A stretch of DNA of 64,000 nucleotides, taken from positions 4,340,001 to 4,404,000 of the forward strand of contig JAQFVV010000002.1 of NCBI GenBank assembly GCA_028023455.1, written 5' to 3'. Positions 1-14,030 of this stretch are shown here, piece by piece (position 1 is the stretch's first letter; the number at the start of each line of letters is the position of its first letter). The stretch comes from Epiperipatus broadwayi (taxonomy: Eukaryota; Animalia; Onychophora). Made by a program: the position numbers and the translations under genes. Below the pieces are notes generated by a model. It did no database searches. It worked only from the letters and a program-made list of their open reading frames with translations, and was not told the origin of the DNA.

Positions 1-599
1 ATTGACAAATCTGCATCATAGATTGTGATGCCCTACAAAATAAAAGTAGTGGTCATAATTTAAAAGATAAGTAGGCATTAGCTTATCATATGTGAAAATA
101 TAAAGCATCTACTTAGCACATATACATTGTATTATGTAAATTCAATATTTTGAATTTAGACTTTGCTAGAATAATCAATATTATTTTTGATATATAAATT
201 GATTACTAAAAAGGGCTCTTTACTATTATCATTACTCTATTAGAACATGAGATTTTTGTTTGAGCCATGTATGATTTAGAAAGTGGTAGAATGGTGGACT
301 TTAAAGATCAAGGCCTATAGTCTGAAGATCATTTGTTTTACATTCAGGCATAGATCTTCATGCCTATTTTATGAAAACTTCTGAACAACAATTCATTATT
401 TTTTAGTGATGATATATAATATTTCTGTTTCATAAATTGTTTCTTAACTTTTGTTTCCTTTATTAACATACCTTATATTTCTTTTAATATATATATAATT
501 GAATACACACATGCATATATATAAATGAATCATTCACTTTCTCTTTGTTATGTAATCTGTAAAAATAAAATGACTGTTTACTCTTGCGACTTTGAATGT

Positions 600-1660
600 T
601 ATAATATATGATTTTCTGACTTATGATAAGTAAAATTCGAACTCAAATCCATAAATAATGAATCATGGATAATACCCATTGTATCTCATTTTAACAACTA
701 AATGATTAACTAAATGTAAGTTAATAATTGTAAATAGTAAATAAATATAGCACTATCACATATCTGTATGCCAACTGGAACAAATTATTTTTTCATATGT
801 TGACAACATTATAAATGAACCAATCATTTTTTTCTCAGTGAACCTGTGAGAATCAAATGATGATTTATTCTTATGGCCCCAGGTGTTTTCTGACTTATGA
901 TGAAGATAGACTATAAAAGAAAATGGTTAACTTATTTTTACAGGTTTTCTGACAAAGATAAAATGAATGATTCATTTACTTTGCCAGCATACAGAAAAAT
1001 AGTATTTCTATTTATCTTATATATATATATATAAACATAAACATTACAAGCATATATATATAATTGCTGTATATATTTAATATTTATTCTTATTGACTTG
1101 TGTTTAATAAGTGGCATCATCTTTTAAAATGAGATACATTGCCTTTTACCTGAAATTAATTGATTATGATTTCAAATTAATACTGCTGTGTTTTGATCTA
1201 ATGTGAGTTTGAACGTCTTCTTTATTTCCATCATAATCTAAAAGAGCATGTGGTACATATAGATAAATGCTCTTTGTATTTTTATAAATTTTCTGACAAA
1301 AACAAAAATTGGTGTTTTACTTATATTGATAGCATATGAAAAAGTAATCTGTTTCCGTTTGTCTTACAAATATATGTTAATGTAATATTTAGGTAACATT
1401 TATAATTATTAACTTGTGTTTAGTTAAGCTTATGATTTTTAAAATGAGTTAAAATGACTCTTAATTGTGGTTTATGGATTATGAGTTCAAATTAATAATA
1501 CTATGTTTGTATCTAGAATGAAGTTGGATTTCACTTTAATTTCATCATAAGTCAGAAAATCATTTTTATATGTTCTCTGACAATGTGAGTCCTTCATTTA
1601 TATTGATAGGTTATAGAAAAGTAGTGTTCCATTTGTCTTACATATATATGTCAGCACTAT
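600..1660. repeat. Degenerate ~275-345 bp tandem array with inverted partial copies
   Basis: Anchors recur at ~315 bp: ACTTGTGTTTA 1096/1412, TTTTAAAATGAG 1122/1437, TTCAAATTAATA 1171/1486. TTTGTCTTACA at 1358/1632. TTTTCTGACTTATGAT at 612 and 886, inverted at 1544-1559. Confidence 0.7.
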
Positions 1661-3361
1661 ACTTATTTATATATAATGTTTCCATATATTATGGTACATT
1701 TATTCAAAGTCTGTAAATTTTACTTCATTAAAATAGTCATTTTCTTAGTAAAAAAGATGATCTTAAGTAGAGCTTAGTAAATGTTTAATTATAAAATTAA
1801 AAGATATATGAAATCCTATGTAGTTTCCATATTATTCTAAAATTAATAAATAATCTGGAATTTATAACTATTTATTAGTCTGCTTTCAGAACACATTATA
1901 TTTGCCTGATTAATGAGGTGTGTTTAAACTTTCTTGCTTTATTAATATCACATTTCTTGATCAAGTTGCAATCTTTAGTATCTATATAAACATATCAGAC
2001 CATAGAAATGGTACCATCTTTATTGTTAAAGGAGTTGCCTTGGTTACAGGTTGTGATTGTTGATAGCCTAAGGGTTGATTGTTATAAATAAATAATGTAT
2101 TCAGGTCATACCATGAAAGAATGATGAAGGAAAGAATTTACATTAGTGAAATTAAACCTGAATTAGGATATTATCAGAAAAGAAAAAAGAAATTAATAAT
2201 TAGTTTGTTAATTAAATGTTTTTGAGGTATTTTTGGATTGGTATATAAATGTAAAAAAAAAAATTGATTAAGTTGAGATTGTTTGTAATAGAAAGATTGA
2301 AGTGAAGAGAATTTTTAGTATTTGTTTTTGAATTTGTTTGAAATATGTAATGTTTATTATTATATATTTGTATTTTTATTTTATTTTTTAGTGTTCTTTG
2401 AAAAAGATTATATAAAATAGTTGAAACATTGGGTGTATTTTATATTTATTATAGTCATATAAAAATAAATTTTAAAAAGTAGTTTGGTATATTCATTTAC
2501 ATATATGAAAAATTATGAACTATTTTGAAAAGAAAAAATGTGTGTTTTTTTTTTGATGTTTTTTTTTTTTCTTTTAGTTTTTCCTAAAATATTTCTTCAG
2601 AGAATTTCTGAATAACAAGCAAATATAATTAATTACACACTCATAAAAGGTTTTGCTTATGGGGATTTTGCAATTATAAGAAGTGCAACTTTCATCACTT
2701 TCTGTCTATGGTTTGTCAGATGTTTCCTAATCTTCAAGTCTGTTATACCTGATCCAACATTAATTTTTTTACAAAAATTAAAAGATATCAAAGAAAGAGA
2801 TTTGAAGTTAGCTCCTCACCTAATAGCAAATTCCACATGGAATCTTATTAATATTGGACATTAAGTAATTTAATGGTTTATAAATGTATTGCCAAATTTA
2901 ATGTTATTTTATAATTTTTTCTTTATTGTAAACATAGTTGAATAAACCTGTTTTTGATACTACTACAAATAGTTCTGGAGTATGCACTTCTTTATATTTT
3001 TGAATGAAAGATTTTTTTTTCATCTATAAAAGGAAATGGTGAAATACCCTGAAAAGATAATGTCAATTGAAAAAGAGAAGAAAAACAAAAAAGTGTATCC
3101 CTTTTTTTTTTTGTTGATGTTATTATCTGTTTAATTTACTCATGTAATACATTGATTGGATAGAAATAGGGTCACTTTCATTTTTTCTCTCTCTTATCTC
3201 TTTTTGATGATTTGTTTAAGAGGTCTGTTGATGAACAAACTTGGTACCAGGACATAATTAAAAATCATTTAAGCAGTAAGTTATATTTTAACTATTGTTG
3301 AAGTATTATTGACTTTATTTATAATTGCTAATGAATAAGAAGCTAGTTTCTTAATAATGAA

Positions 3362-6300
3362 GGACATGGATGGGCTGCTCACCAACACGCATGAGCCAGC
3401 GTGGTGAGTTTATTGGCTTTTTACCTCTGAGTTTAAGAATATTTTTTCAATATATACAATCATGACAGACAAAAATAAATCATGGCTCTTATTCCCAGGA
3501 GGCTGTAAAGTCACCAACCAAGGCAGTGGTTGGTGGCCAAAGGCAGAGGGTGCTAAGAATCCCCTGATTGTGGACTCAGGCTGCCATTTGATGACGACTT
3601 TTTATTTAGGTACTTACAACTGCAGATCACTTTCAAGTGAAGGAAGATTGCAAGAGTTAGAAGAAGAACTGTCTTATATTAAATGGGACATTATTGGACT
3701 TTGTAAAGTTAGAAGAAAAGATGAAGAAATAATTGATTTAAAAAGTGGACATATACTCTACTATAAAGGCACAAATATTGGAAATACAAGTGGAGTAGGA
3801 TTCATTATAAATAAAAAATGGAAGAATAACATTGTGGAGATTGATGGTATATCAGACAGAGTGGCAAGATTAGTTTTACAACTTAATAGTAGATACCAAA
3901 TGCAGATAATTCAGGTTTATGCCCCAACAAGTTCTCACAGTGATGAAGTTATATAAGATTTTTATATGGATGTACAAAAGGCTTTTGATTAAAGTAAACA
4001 ACATTTTAAAATTGTTATGGGAGACTTTAATGCTAGAATTGGTAACAAATGAAAGATGAAAATGCTGTAGGTAGTTTTGGTTATGGTAATAGAAATGAGA
4101 GAGAACATAGACTTGTGGAGTTTGCAGAAAAAGAAAAACTTTATATTATGAATTCTTTTTTTTGAGAAAAATATTAAAAGGAAATGGACATGGAAGCATC
4201 CAAATGAAGGTACAGCAGACTTGGATTATATTTTGATTAACTGAAAATACATATTTCAAGATTGTAATGTTCTTAATAAATTTAACACAGGAAGTGATCA
4301 CCGATTAGTAAGATGTAAGATACATGTTAATGCAAAACTAAAGAGACAAAAATTATTAAGAAAAACAATATTTACAGTTGATATTCCTAATCTTCAGAAA
4401 CATTCTAATGAATTTAAATTAGAACTTACAAATCGGTTTCAAGTATTAGTAGATTTTGAACATTATTCAGATTTGAATGACATTAATAGGAATATAAGCG
4501 ATACACTTTTAAAAACTGCAACAAAGATAGCTGGTAGAAAAAAGCAGCAATTGACCAGTAAAATTTCTACTGAGACTAGAGAATTTATGAAGAAAAGAAG
4601 GAATATGAGGATATACAACAATGATGCATTAAAAAAGATTGAATATTTCGAATTTTGTAAAATGGTGTGGAAAAGAGTTGAAAATGATATAAGAAAGTAT
4701 AATTGTGAACTAGCAAGGAAAGCTTTAGAAGAGAATAAAAGTCTAAAGAGTGTAAAACAACATTTTGGTATTGGTAGAAAATTTATATCTGCAATAAGAA
4801 AAAAAGATGGCATTATTACTAAAAAGAGAGATGACATCATAAAATGTGTAGAAGCCTTCTATCAAGAATTATATAGTAATAAAGAACAAGTGCCTCCTAT
4901 ACATATTATATCTTCCAAATTGCCCAGAATTTTGAATGAGGAAGTGAGACATGCAATTAAATTTATGAAGAAAGGGAAGACTTCAGGTAATGATGGAATT
5001 GTAATTGATATATTAAAAGAAGCAGGTGAAGAAATAGAAATTTTTTTAGCAAAGTTATATACAAAATGTCTAAATGATAAAGATGTACCAGATAATTGAA
5101 ATAATGCTGTATTAATATTAATATTTAAAAAAAGTGATAAAGAAGATATTAGAAATTACAGACCTATCAGTCTTTTATCAGTTTTATACAAACTTTTTAC
5201 TAAGATAATTACAACTCACCTACAAAAAACACTGGATTTCCACCAACCAAGAGAACAAGCTGGATTTAAAAGTGGTTTTAGTACAGTAGATCATATCCAG
5301 GTATTGAGAGAAATTATAGAAAGGACAAATGAATATGAGTTGCCATTATGCTTAGGATTTGTAGACTATGAAAAGGCATTTGATTCTATAAACATTTCTT
5401 CAGTGATTAAATCATTGGACCATCAAGGTGTAGATCCAGGATATTGCCATATTTTGAAGAATATTTATAAAAATGCAACAGCAACAATTAGATTACATAA
5501 TGATAGTAGGAAAATCAACATTGAAAAGGGTGTATGACAGGGTGACTCCATATCTTCAAAACTTTTAATTGCAGTGCTGCAAGAAGTATTTTATGGTTTA
5601 AAATGGGAAGCTAAAGGAGTGAAAGTAAATGGAGATTATTTAAGTCATTTAGATTTTGCAGTAGATGTAGTTGTTTTTGCAAATAATGCTTTAGAGCTAC
5701 AGAAAATTTTGCAGGAGTTATCAGATGATAGTAGGAAAGTAGGACTAAAGATAAATGTTAAAAAGACTAAAGTAATGTTTAATAGATTTTCTCAAAATAT
5801 GAAAATAAAGATTGATTATGATGAGTTAGAAGAAGTTAACAGTTACAAATACCTTGGTCAGATTATTAATACAGATGGAAATATAATGGATGGAATTAAT
5901 CATAGAATTAAACTTGGTTGGAGTGCTTTTGGTAGAAATAACTTGATACTAAAAGGAAATATGCCTATGTGTTTGAAAAGGAATGTTTTTAGTAAATGTG
6001 TTTTGCCAGTTCTTACTTATGAATCTGAGACTTGGACACTTAATAGAAGAGCAATACAGACTTCAGACCACTCAAAGAAGTATGGAGAGATGCATGTTGG
6101 GAGTAACAAGAAGGGATTGAAAATGCAATGTATGGGTAAGAGAACAAACAAGTGTTACTGACCTCATTGAAAAAATTAAAAGACTGAGGTGGAGTTGGGC
6201 TGGACATATTGTTAGAAGAGATGATAACAGATGGACAATTGAAATTTTAAACTGGATTCCAAGAGATTGTAAAAGACCCAGAAAAAGACCACATGTGAGA

Positions 6301-6438
6301 TGGATGGATGAAATAAGAAAGTGTGCAGGGGTGATGTGGAGAAGAGAAGCTAAAGATAGGAAAAGACGGATTGAACTTGGAGAGACCTTCATCCTGCAGT
6401 GGATTGATAATGGTTGATGATGATGATGATGATGATGA
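3362..6438 (+). mobile_element. RTE-clade non-LTR retrotransposon, near full length, inactivated
   Basis: APE motifs TYNCRSL, IIQVYAPTS, GDFNA (~4019), SDHRLV (~4293). RT motifs NYRPISLL (~5155), QAGF, FVDYEKAFDSI, QGDSISSKL, YKYLGQ. Short 3' end with a (TGA)n tail at 6415-6438. Many stops and frameshifts. The 5' boundary is approximate and no TSD was found. Confidence 0.93.
3462..6418 (+). pseudogene. Disrupted APE-endonuclease/reverse transcriptase polyprotein of the RTE element
   Basis: ORF fragments 3462-3956, 4473-5099, 5304-5537 and 5574-6161 are collinear pieces of one APE-RT protein. The C-terminal LRWSWAGHIVRRDDNRWT-like segment follows after a frameshift. Confidence 0.9.
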
Positions 6439-7603
6439 GACAACATTTTTAAGTGCTATCTGTAATGACTTTTATAAGAAAATATAAAACTGCTATGTAA
6501 AACACTTTGGCATAGGTGCATATAAAGCCTGACTATTTAAAATAACCTGTTAAAAAAAATGAAAGTCAATCTTTAAAATAAATATTATAATATCCATTCT
6601 CATGATAATAATCAGATCTACAGAAAAATTTCTCTATGTATATATTTTTATTGAAAATTAAATTAGAAAAATATAGACAGATAACGGTATTAAAAAATCT
6701 TGAAAGCTACTCATGGTAATATCTTCCAAGAAGACACACGGGAATGACGGGAGTTTCTTAGAGACCTCTATATAAGAAAAAAGAGTATCATAGACTGGAT
6801 TGTGACTATTATTTGCTGATTTACCACTAAACCATATGTGCACACATGAAACATAGATATATAAGAGTATGTATATTTTGTTTCTTTTTTTAAGTTTCAC
6901 AATTAAGCTCAAAAATATAAAAAAATGATATTTTTATTAAATTTTTGTTTTATTTAAAGTAATTAATTTTAATGTATATTCTTTATTCTCATGCATAAGC
7001 ATGACATGAGTAGATTTTTTTTTGTTAGTAAATTATTTTATATATTTTCTAGGTCGTGAATGGATAAATAATCAGAAGTAAAATTATTGAATATGAAATG
7101 TTCAGGCAATAAATTATCCATTGTCTAATCAAGAAAATGCTTACTAATTTGATATTTATTTGGGGTTTAAACTTGCAATTACTATTTTACTATTTTATTA
7201 TTTTATTAAATTATTTGTTTTTATTGAAACTTAATATCAGTTAATGTCTTTTTTCTTAGTTCTATATAGTATTACAAAATATATCTAAGTATATTATAAT
7301 ATAAGAGATAAACTCAATATGTATGATTTCTAATATTAGCTAAACATATAAAAATGAAAGAAATAAAAAATAGCATTATCAATAATAATGCATATTAAGG
7401 CATTTGGTTTATCACATGATGATTGGGATGTCACAATGTCATATGCCTGGTACTCATTAATACACAAATCGTTCATTATCATGTTCCCAAAGTCAAATGG
7501 CCAGAGAAATGTTATGAATAAAGTTATTGTTGATAATATAATATTAAATCAACCATGCATTTTACTATTGTTATGCAATGCTTTATTTACCACCCTCTTT
7601 TAC

Positions 7604-7645
7604 AATTTACTGTTTTGATTGCCCCAGCAATCTTCTTCAGAACTT
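7604..7645 (-). ncRNA. Decayed type I hammerhead ribozyme motif
   Basis: Minus strand reads aagtt CTGAAGA A GATTG ctgggg CAATC AAAA C A G TA aatt: core CUGAAGA, 5-bp stem II, GAAA mutated to AAAA at a CpG, short stem III, 4-bp stem I. Confidence 0.5.
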
Positions 7646-8283
7646 TTATATATCCCCTAACTTCAACTGCATGTGTAACAGTAGTAAAGTACATGGATAA
7701 TTTAGTATTTTATGTTATACATTTGGCATGCAATAAGAAAGAGTAGTTATTATGGTTGACCAATTAACTAAAAGTATATTTACATGTTGTAGCTAGAATA
7801 GAATTAAAATTATTCAATTATCAATATTTGATTCCATTATATTTATAGCAGCAACTTGAGATGGTAAAACTTATGCATATACCCCATTGTAATTCAATAT
7901 ACATATATACTTCTATTTTTTGCTTAACAAACACTCGTAAGATGGCCTGGTTACAATTTCTCACACATTTTTATCATTTGTTCATTTGGGTTTATTTATG
8001 TGTGCAATTGCTTGTTACAAGTATTATCCCATTACTTCAGATGACTTTAACCTATCATTATCTGATAGTTAAAATGAATGCATCAGTAATCTCTGACTAA
8101 AATGATAGTAAATAAAAATAGCAGCAGATAATGTATTATTCTAATTGCCCAGATAATGTCAGAAAAGAACTTTCCAAAATGGCATTATCATGACATACAT
8201 GGATGTATCTAAATATGCCATTATGAAAAACATTTTATATAAAACTGAAAAATATTTTAATTAATGCTTAAAATAAAAATAAT

Positions 8284-8410
8284 AGTCAAGCGTTGTTGGC
8301 CGAGGGTTTATTGCAGCCACCTTGCAAGCAAGTAGTTGATTGCAGATGGTTGTAGGTTCGCATCCTGGTTGATGCCATGACATATGAAAAAAATAAAAAA
8401 ATAAAAATAA
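8284..8410 (+). mobile_element. tRNA-derived short SINE, long-variable-region subtype
   Basis: agtcaaGCGTTGTTGGCCGAGGG...GGTTCGCATCC...TGACATATG followed by an A-rich tail. Colinear with the copy at 53361. Confidence 0.75.
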
Positions 8411-10149
8411 ATTCACAAAGTAAACTGACTATATTTTTGTATATATACTAATGTAAATATTCCAAAGAATTATAAAAATTGACCATCATATTAATTGTCA
8501 AAAATTTCTTATATTAAATTGATATTAATATTACATTGTTAAATTTTTATTTATAATTTTCTTCAATATTAATTTAAAAGCATTGTTTTCCGTGCTTTTT
8601 GTTATTGTTTTTATCTTCCAAATTTTATTGGTAAATAGGCTTCCTAAAGTCTGCCAGATATTTAAAGCAATAGAGTATAAAAATATAAATTTAAAACAAT
8701 ATACAGTCACAATGCTAATAGCTAATGCAAAAAAATGATTTTTTAAAAAAATCAGACCTTTGCTTTTTTTTATAACAATACATTGAACTGAGTCATAACT
8801 TATATTTGATTTCATCTTATCCTTTACTACAAGATATTCTATGTTCAGATACAAACTTTATTTAGAAAAATTCATTTCCTTGCCCTCTTCTTACATAGCT
8901 TTTGAATATACTCACATTGCTTTGCATCCTGATAATAATATTATTAAGTCAATATAAATCATAATAAAAATTTAAAAATGTTTACTGATAACATTAAATA
9001 TTTTAAGTAGAAGACAAGGACAATTCACAATGACTATTTATTAAATCAGTATGCCACAAACAATATATTTTTAATTATGAAAACTGTTAATTTTTTTCCA
9101 GAAATATACTATTGTGTTGCATGACTGATTCAGTTATCAAATAATTAACTGTGACAGTTAATACACCTTCTAGCTTCTAAATTTTGTCACATAACATTGC
9201 TGAACAATGAAAAAAATTCAATAATGCCAGACATCCATTAAAACCAATTAATTTATTTTACAAATACTGCATAATCTTACACCAAGATTACTTATAAATT
9301 CCTCATAGCTTATTTTAAATGAGTAATCATCACACACTAACTTCTAATCTATTACACATAATATATATTATATCAGTAACATTTAGCCACTCAGTTATAA
9401 TTAAAGTTGTAGTTTGAGACATCTTAACTATTGTTCAATTACATTTATTCAGAACTAAATATTATCTTTTATAACTTAATAAATAGATATATTAAACAGA
9501 GATTGCTATAAAAACCCTTGTCTGTAAATGGATAAATCAAATGGGTTTTTTATACTTGATTTCATTTTACTTAGGTGAATAATGCTAGAGTAATAGACTA
9601 ATTATTAGCATTAATATTATTTTTGAAGTAAAGTGTATTTAGGCTTTTTGATAGTTTTTCACAACCAAGTATAGTTAATAGTCCTTGAAATCTAAGTTTA
9701 AATTCATAAGAGTTGTTCATGTGCAAAAATTAATTTTGATGCTAAATATTAGATGTAAAATTAAATGCCCATGTGTTTATAAGGTAAATCTTATAATAAA
9801 ATATAAACAAAAGTAAAATGATAATTTAGATTAACATTAATTGTATAAAAATAATATATCTGAAAGTCACTATTACTGCACAGTAGTTATATAAATAACA
9901 GTTGAGCTAAAATGAAAAATGTTTTGTGAAAACTTTTCTATTAAGTCATGTTGGAACAGTGATCAGAAAAATAATTTTGAAGATATTAATATATCTAAAT
10001 ATTTTACAGCATTAAAAATTATATAAAGGATTAGCTTGTAATAACTTTAATGAATCAATTATCATATAAAAACAACCTTATGGAAAAGAAGATATAAACT
10101 ATAATAAGAGTTTTTTACAATTATTTTGGGGGAATTTTAACCTCATTTT

Positions 10150-10480
10150 GGAATAAAAGAATGTAAATCAATACAAAGAACAATAAGACCATGGTGAAAA
10201 AATATACTGTCAGTAACCAGATGATTATATGAATTTGAAGAAATCAGAGAAAAAAATGCTTTAACTAGGTTTTAGATACAAGAAGGACACGTTTAATTAT
10301 TTAGCCAATAATTTTGTAATGTATAAACAATTTTGTGAATCTTCAAATGATTTTGAGGAAGCTGGATTATTTACCAGAAATGTTATCTTATTCTGCTTAG
10401 AGTGAAGTTAAATGTTATATTTGCATTGATGGTGGAATCTTTATAATTAGAAAATATATATATGTCACCACAAATATAGT
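10150..10480 (+). pseudogene. Possible PIF/Harbinger transposase remnant
   Basis: By-eye translation gives RTIRPW..., GFRYKKDTFNYL (cf. FRMxxxTFxxL) and CIDGG (cf. GAIDG), heavily interrupted. Confidence 0.3.
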
Positions 10481-11618
10481 TTTTGTAGCTGTTTTGAGGA
10501 AGATATCAAAATAGTTGTAAACCATATATAGTAAAATACTTAAATGATTTTTAAGGATCAAATATAAATTATTATTTTCTGCTTCTTTAAATCTAAAATA
10601 AATATAAGATTAATGAATGAAAACAACAAAGGCTGAAATACAAATTTCATATTTTTATCCAAATAAATATATATTCATAAGCTGAAATAGTACAATAAAT
10701 GTTATTACAAAAATATTTTGTGTACTATATTAGTTTTGACAATATATAATATTAAATAATTTAAATATACTACTAAAGTTAATTTCTCATTGGTCTGCAG
10801 ATCTTTAAATAATTAAATGCTGCTTTCTTAATGTTATTGGAGCTTATAAACTTGGGTTTATTGATTTTAGAATTGTTAATATCTGTATTAAATGGGAGAA
10901 TTATTCAAAACACATCATTTCAGTACATATACTAAATAATAAGAGGAATTAAAGTAAGAATTTAAAACAGACATTAGTTTAACTTTGAACAAATATATAT
11001 ATATTTATTGGCAAGCTAATTATAAAAGGGTTGTTTATTTTTTAATATTTTTTTATACATAGGAGTATGTCTGTGTGTTTAAGTTGGTTGACAGGATTGC
11101 AGTAAATTTTTTATTCAAAAATTCCATGAATTATATAGTTCGATCTCTGTCACTTCTGATCTTTGATATAATATTCTTTATGAATATCTGAGCAATAAAT
11201 CATTTGATTAATTTTTTGATGTTTAAATATATTACTTTTTACTTTTTAAGAAAAATGATAATATATCAGAATTAAAAATATAGCTTTATATATTTTTAGA
11301 AATAATACAAATATGATTGGAATATATATATAAGTAAAAGTAAAGATAAATTATGATCACGAAATCAGTCAGGAGTGTTATTTCTCCATTAGTCATTAAG
11401 CTATAATATTTCTACAACATTGAGACTATAGTTTATTTACATCTGTATTTAATTTAAAATAAATTTTTAAAATGTCCTATTAAAAATTAAGATAAATACA
11501 AGATGAAATGTGTGGAAAAAAATTATTGTTGATCTGAAATGAAGAGATAAATTCAGGTAATGACAATGTAATTAGAATATTCAGTTTTAAATAAGAATAA
11601 TATTGTGAAATTAAAATT

Positions 11619-11705
11619 GTTCATGTGTCAAAGCATCTGAGAGAAGCAAACCCAGGACAACTGCTTGTAAGGAAGCTGGGCTAACCACTCGACCACCAAC
11701 GCTTG
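11619..11705 (-). mobile_element. tRNA-derived short SINE
   Basis: Minus strand caaGCGTTGGTGGTCGAGTGGTTAGCCCAGCTTCCTTACAAGCAGTTGTCCTGGGTTTGCTTC...TGACACATG has the tRNA-Gly-like head and the family tail. Confidence 0.75.
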
Positions 11706-13539
11706 TTTATTAAATCACATTACTGATATCTTTAGACATATAATATTTATATGTCAGTAGTAACATATATTTTTATTAATGTTTAATTATTTTATTGGAA
11801 CAAAAATGACTGCACTGTTTAATGTTATGGCGGATTATAATTCAAGACCAACAGATCACTACTCAGTTTTTGTCACTTTCTATATTTCAACTTCTGAGCA
11901 ATGAACCATTCAATTATTATTATACAATTGACTTTTAAAATTCTCCAAATACATATCTTTTCATGTTTTTAATTGGATGTCTCTTCTTTTCTAAGAACAG
12001 TTAAAAAAAGAATATATTACCATAAAGATTAGTTTAATTATTGCAACATTTTATACTACAATAATTTCATTAACTATAAAAAGCAGGCAAAAGTTATTTA
12101 GTAACAAGATTTTTAAAATTGTATATCGTATGGAAACTAATTTCTCTACTAATTTTAAAAAATTTTGGTCTTTATTAAATTACTCGTTTTGAGCTTAAGA
12201 TTTTCTGCATACTTTTTTCAACAGTACAAGAAATCTAATATGGAGTAATAAGGACTTTTTGTATTTTCAGATGAATCTAGCCCCAAGTTTATAATAGAAT
12301 GCAATAATATTACATTATTGCCTCAATAAGAATATTTAGATTATGTAATAATTTGCAACTGGAAAATATAGTCTCTTTTATTGCCAATTCATAAAAATAA
12401 TTTCAGATCTATTTCTCTCCTAAATATTGTGTCTAATTTTTTAAAAATATATGTATAATAAAACTGTTAAAAATGAAAGTGATTATTTAACTGCTGGTCA
12501 ATGTGGTTTTTTGCTATCCAGGTTAGTTTTTGACTATATTGTTAATGCCATAAAAACATATGCAGAGATTAGATATTATTTAAATCTATCTACATGAAAA
12601 GTTGTTACATTCTTCAAATATTTTACAGATTAGGCATTCTCACAGAGCTTGTTAAATGGTTTAGTTCATTTGTTAAGGTTAGAAAGGAATTTGTTAAATC
12701 TAATAATAAAAATTCTACTCTATGATTGAAATTTGGATGTGCCATGAGACAACAGTTTGCTTCTTTTATTATTTGACATTTCTTAAAAATTATCTTAAGT
12801 CATTATTTTATTATGGTATACTAAGGACCACAAGATTTTCAGTGAATAATCAAATTGAAAAATTGTATTAATCTATAATTCCAATAAGTGTGACTAAAGC
12901 AGTTATAAGAATTATTACATTGAAAGTCATAAACTTTTCAAAAAGATCTAGATGTCTTATTTACAGATAATGTGTTTTTCCTAGCACATGTTGAGTCCAT
13001 AGTTAAAAGAGCTCTAAAAATTACAAGAATAACTTTTAAATATGGTAGATTATTTAATGATCAAATAAAGTACAAACTATTCACATCTTTCATTTTTCCT
13101 ATTGTTGAAAATGAATTTATCATTTAAAATTCCCCATCCAAATAGAAAAGTATTAAAACATAAACATTGGTGAATCTGGTTTTTAAATAAAGATGGTGTG
13201 GTACTTTTTTTAAATATAAATTTAACATTTTTAAAAAATCATATAAAGTTTAAATGTAGAACAACAACATTTTATATATATATCAAAATCTGTTGCCCAA
13301 ATATTCTTACATTTTTCCCAAATATTTTGATTATTTCTCTTATAATAATTTTTCAATGCTAATGAATTATTTCAGTTTGGATAAACACAATTATATTAAC
13401 ATCATTGTTAAAAATATGAATATTAATTTATGTTGATAGCCTCCCCCCCCCCCAAATTTTTTTAGTTGTCTTTTTCTTCTTATTTTTACTTATATTATTT
13501 ATATAATTTGTTTTTTTTTTACCCTGTTTTTAAATAGAA

Positions 13540-14030
13540 TGAATGATTGAAGTGAGCTTGAAAGTCTGAGTTCAAATCCCCTGTAATTATATCTAACTTT
13601 AATATACATACTATACTTGTATTTAAATATTATACATTCAACATCTATTCTACTCTTCTCTTTTCTATGTATTTAAATGGACAAGTGTGTATGACAATAA
13701 TATTGGCATCAACAGAGGTTTTGATTATTCCATCATCAGATTTTCAATGACGTGGATAGCTGAAAAGTTGGAGAAGTTTGAAGCCTGCCCATTAAAATTT
13801 GTAGATTTTCTATCTTAATATAAACCAAGCACTGATTATATATATGTGTGGAGGAGATGATAATCCAGACTAACTGATTAGTGCTGGATCAGCATATAAT
13901 ACATATACTGGAGATTATTTATTCTTCTCACATGTATGTGATCATGTGTATCAATTATATTAAATAGAGTGAATGTCTGAAGTGAACTTGAAAATCTGGG
14001 TTCAAATTCCTTTAATTACATTTAGATTTA
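13540..14030 (+). mobile_element. ~430-bp non-coding unit with direct terminal repeats, hammerhead-bearing, homologous to 32726-33108
   Basis: Terminal motif GAAAGTCTGAGTTCAAATCC at ~13560 recurs as GAAAATCTGGGTTCAAATTCC at ~13990. The core 13703-13950 aligns with 32793-33040 (CCATCATCAGATTTTCAATGA, AGCACTGATT.TATATATGTGTGGAG). Confidence 0.7.
13865..13911 (+). ncRNA. Decayed type I hammerhead ribozyme
   Basis: CTGATTA GTGCTG gat CAGCAT ATAA TACATA TA CTGG: 6-bp stem II and a palindromic stem III remnant. Homologous to the motif at 32965-33008. Confidence 0.55.

Noticed and set aside
4463-6446. Minus-strand ORFs 4463-4840 and 6072-6446 (and plus ORF 43588-43986)
   Set aside because: Antisense shadows of RTE ORF2 and its tail.
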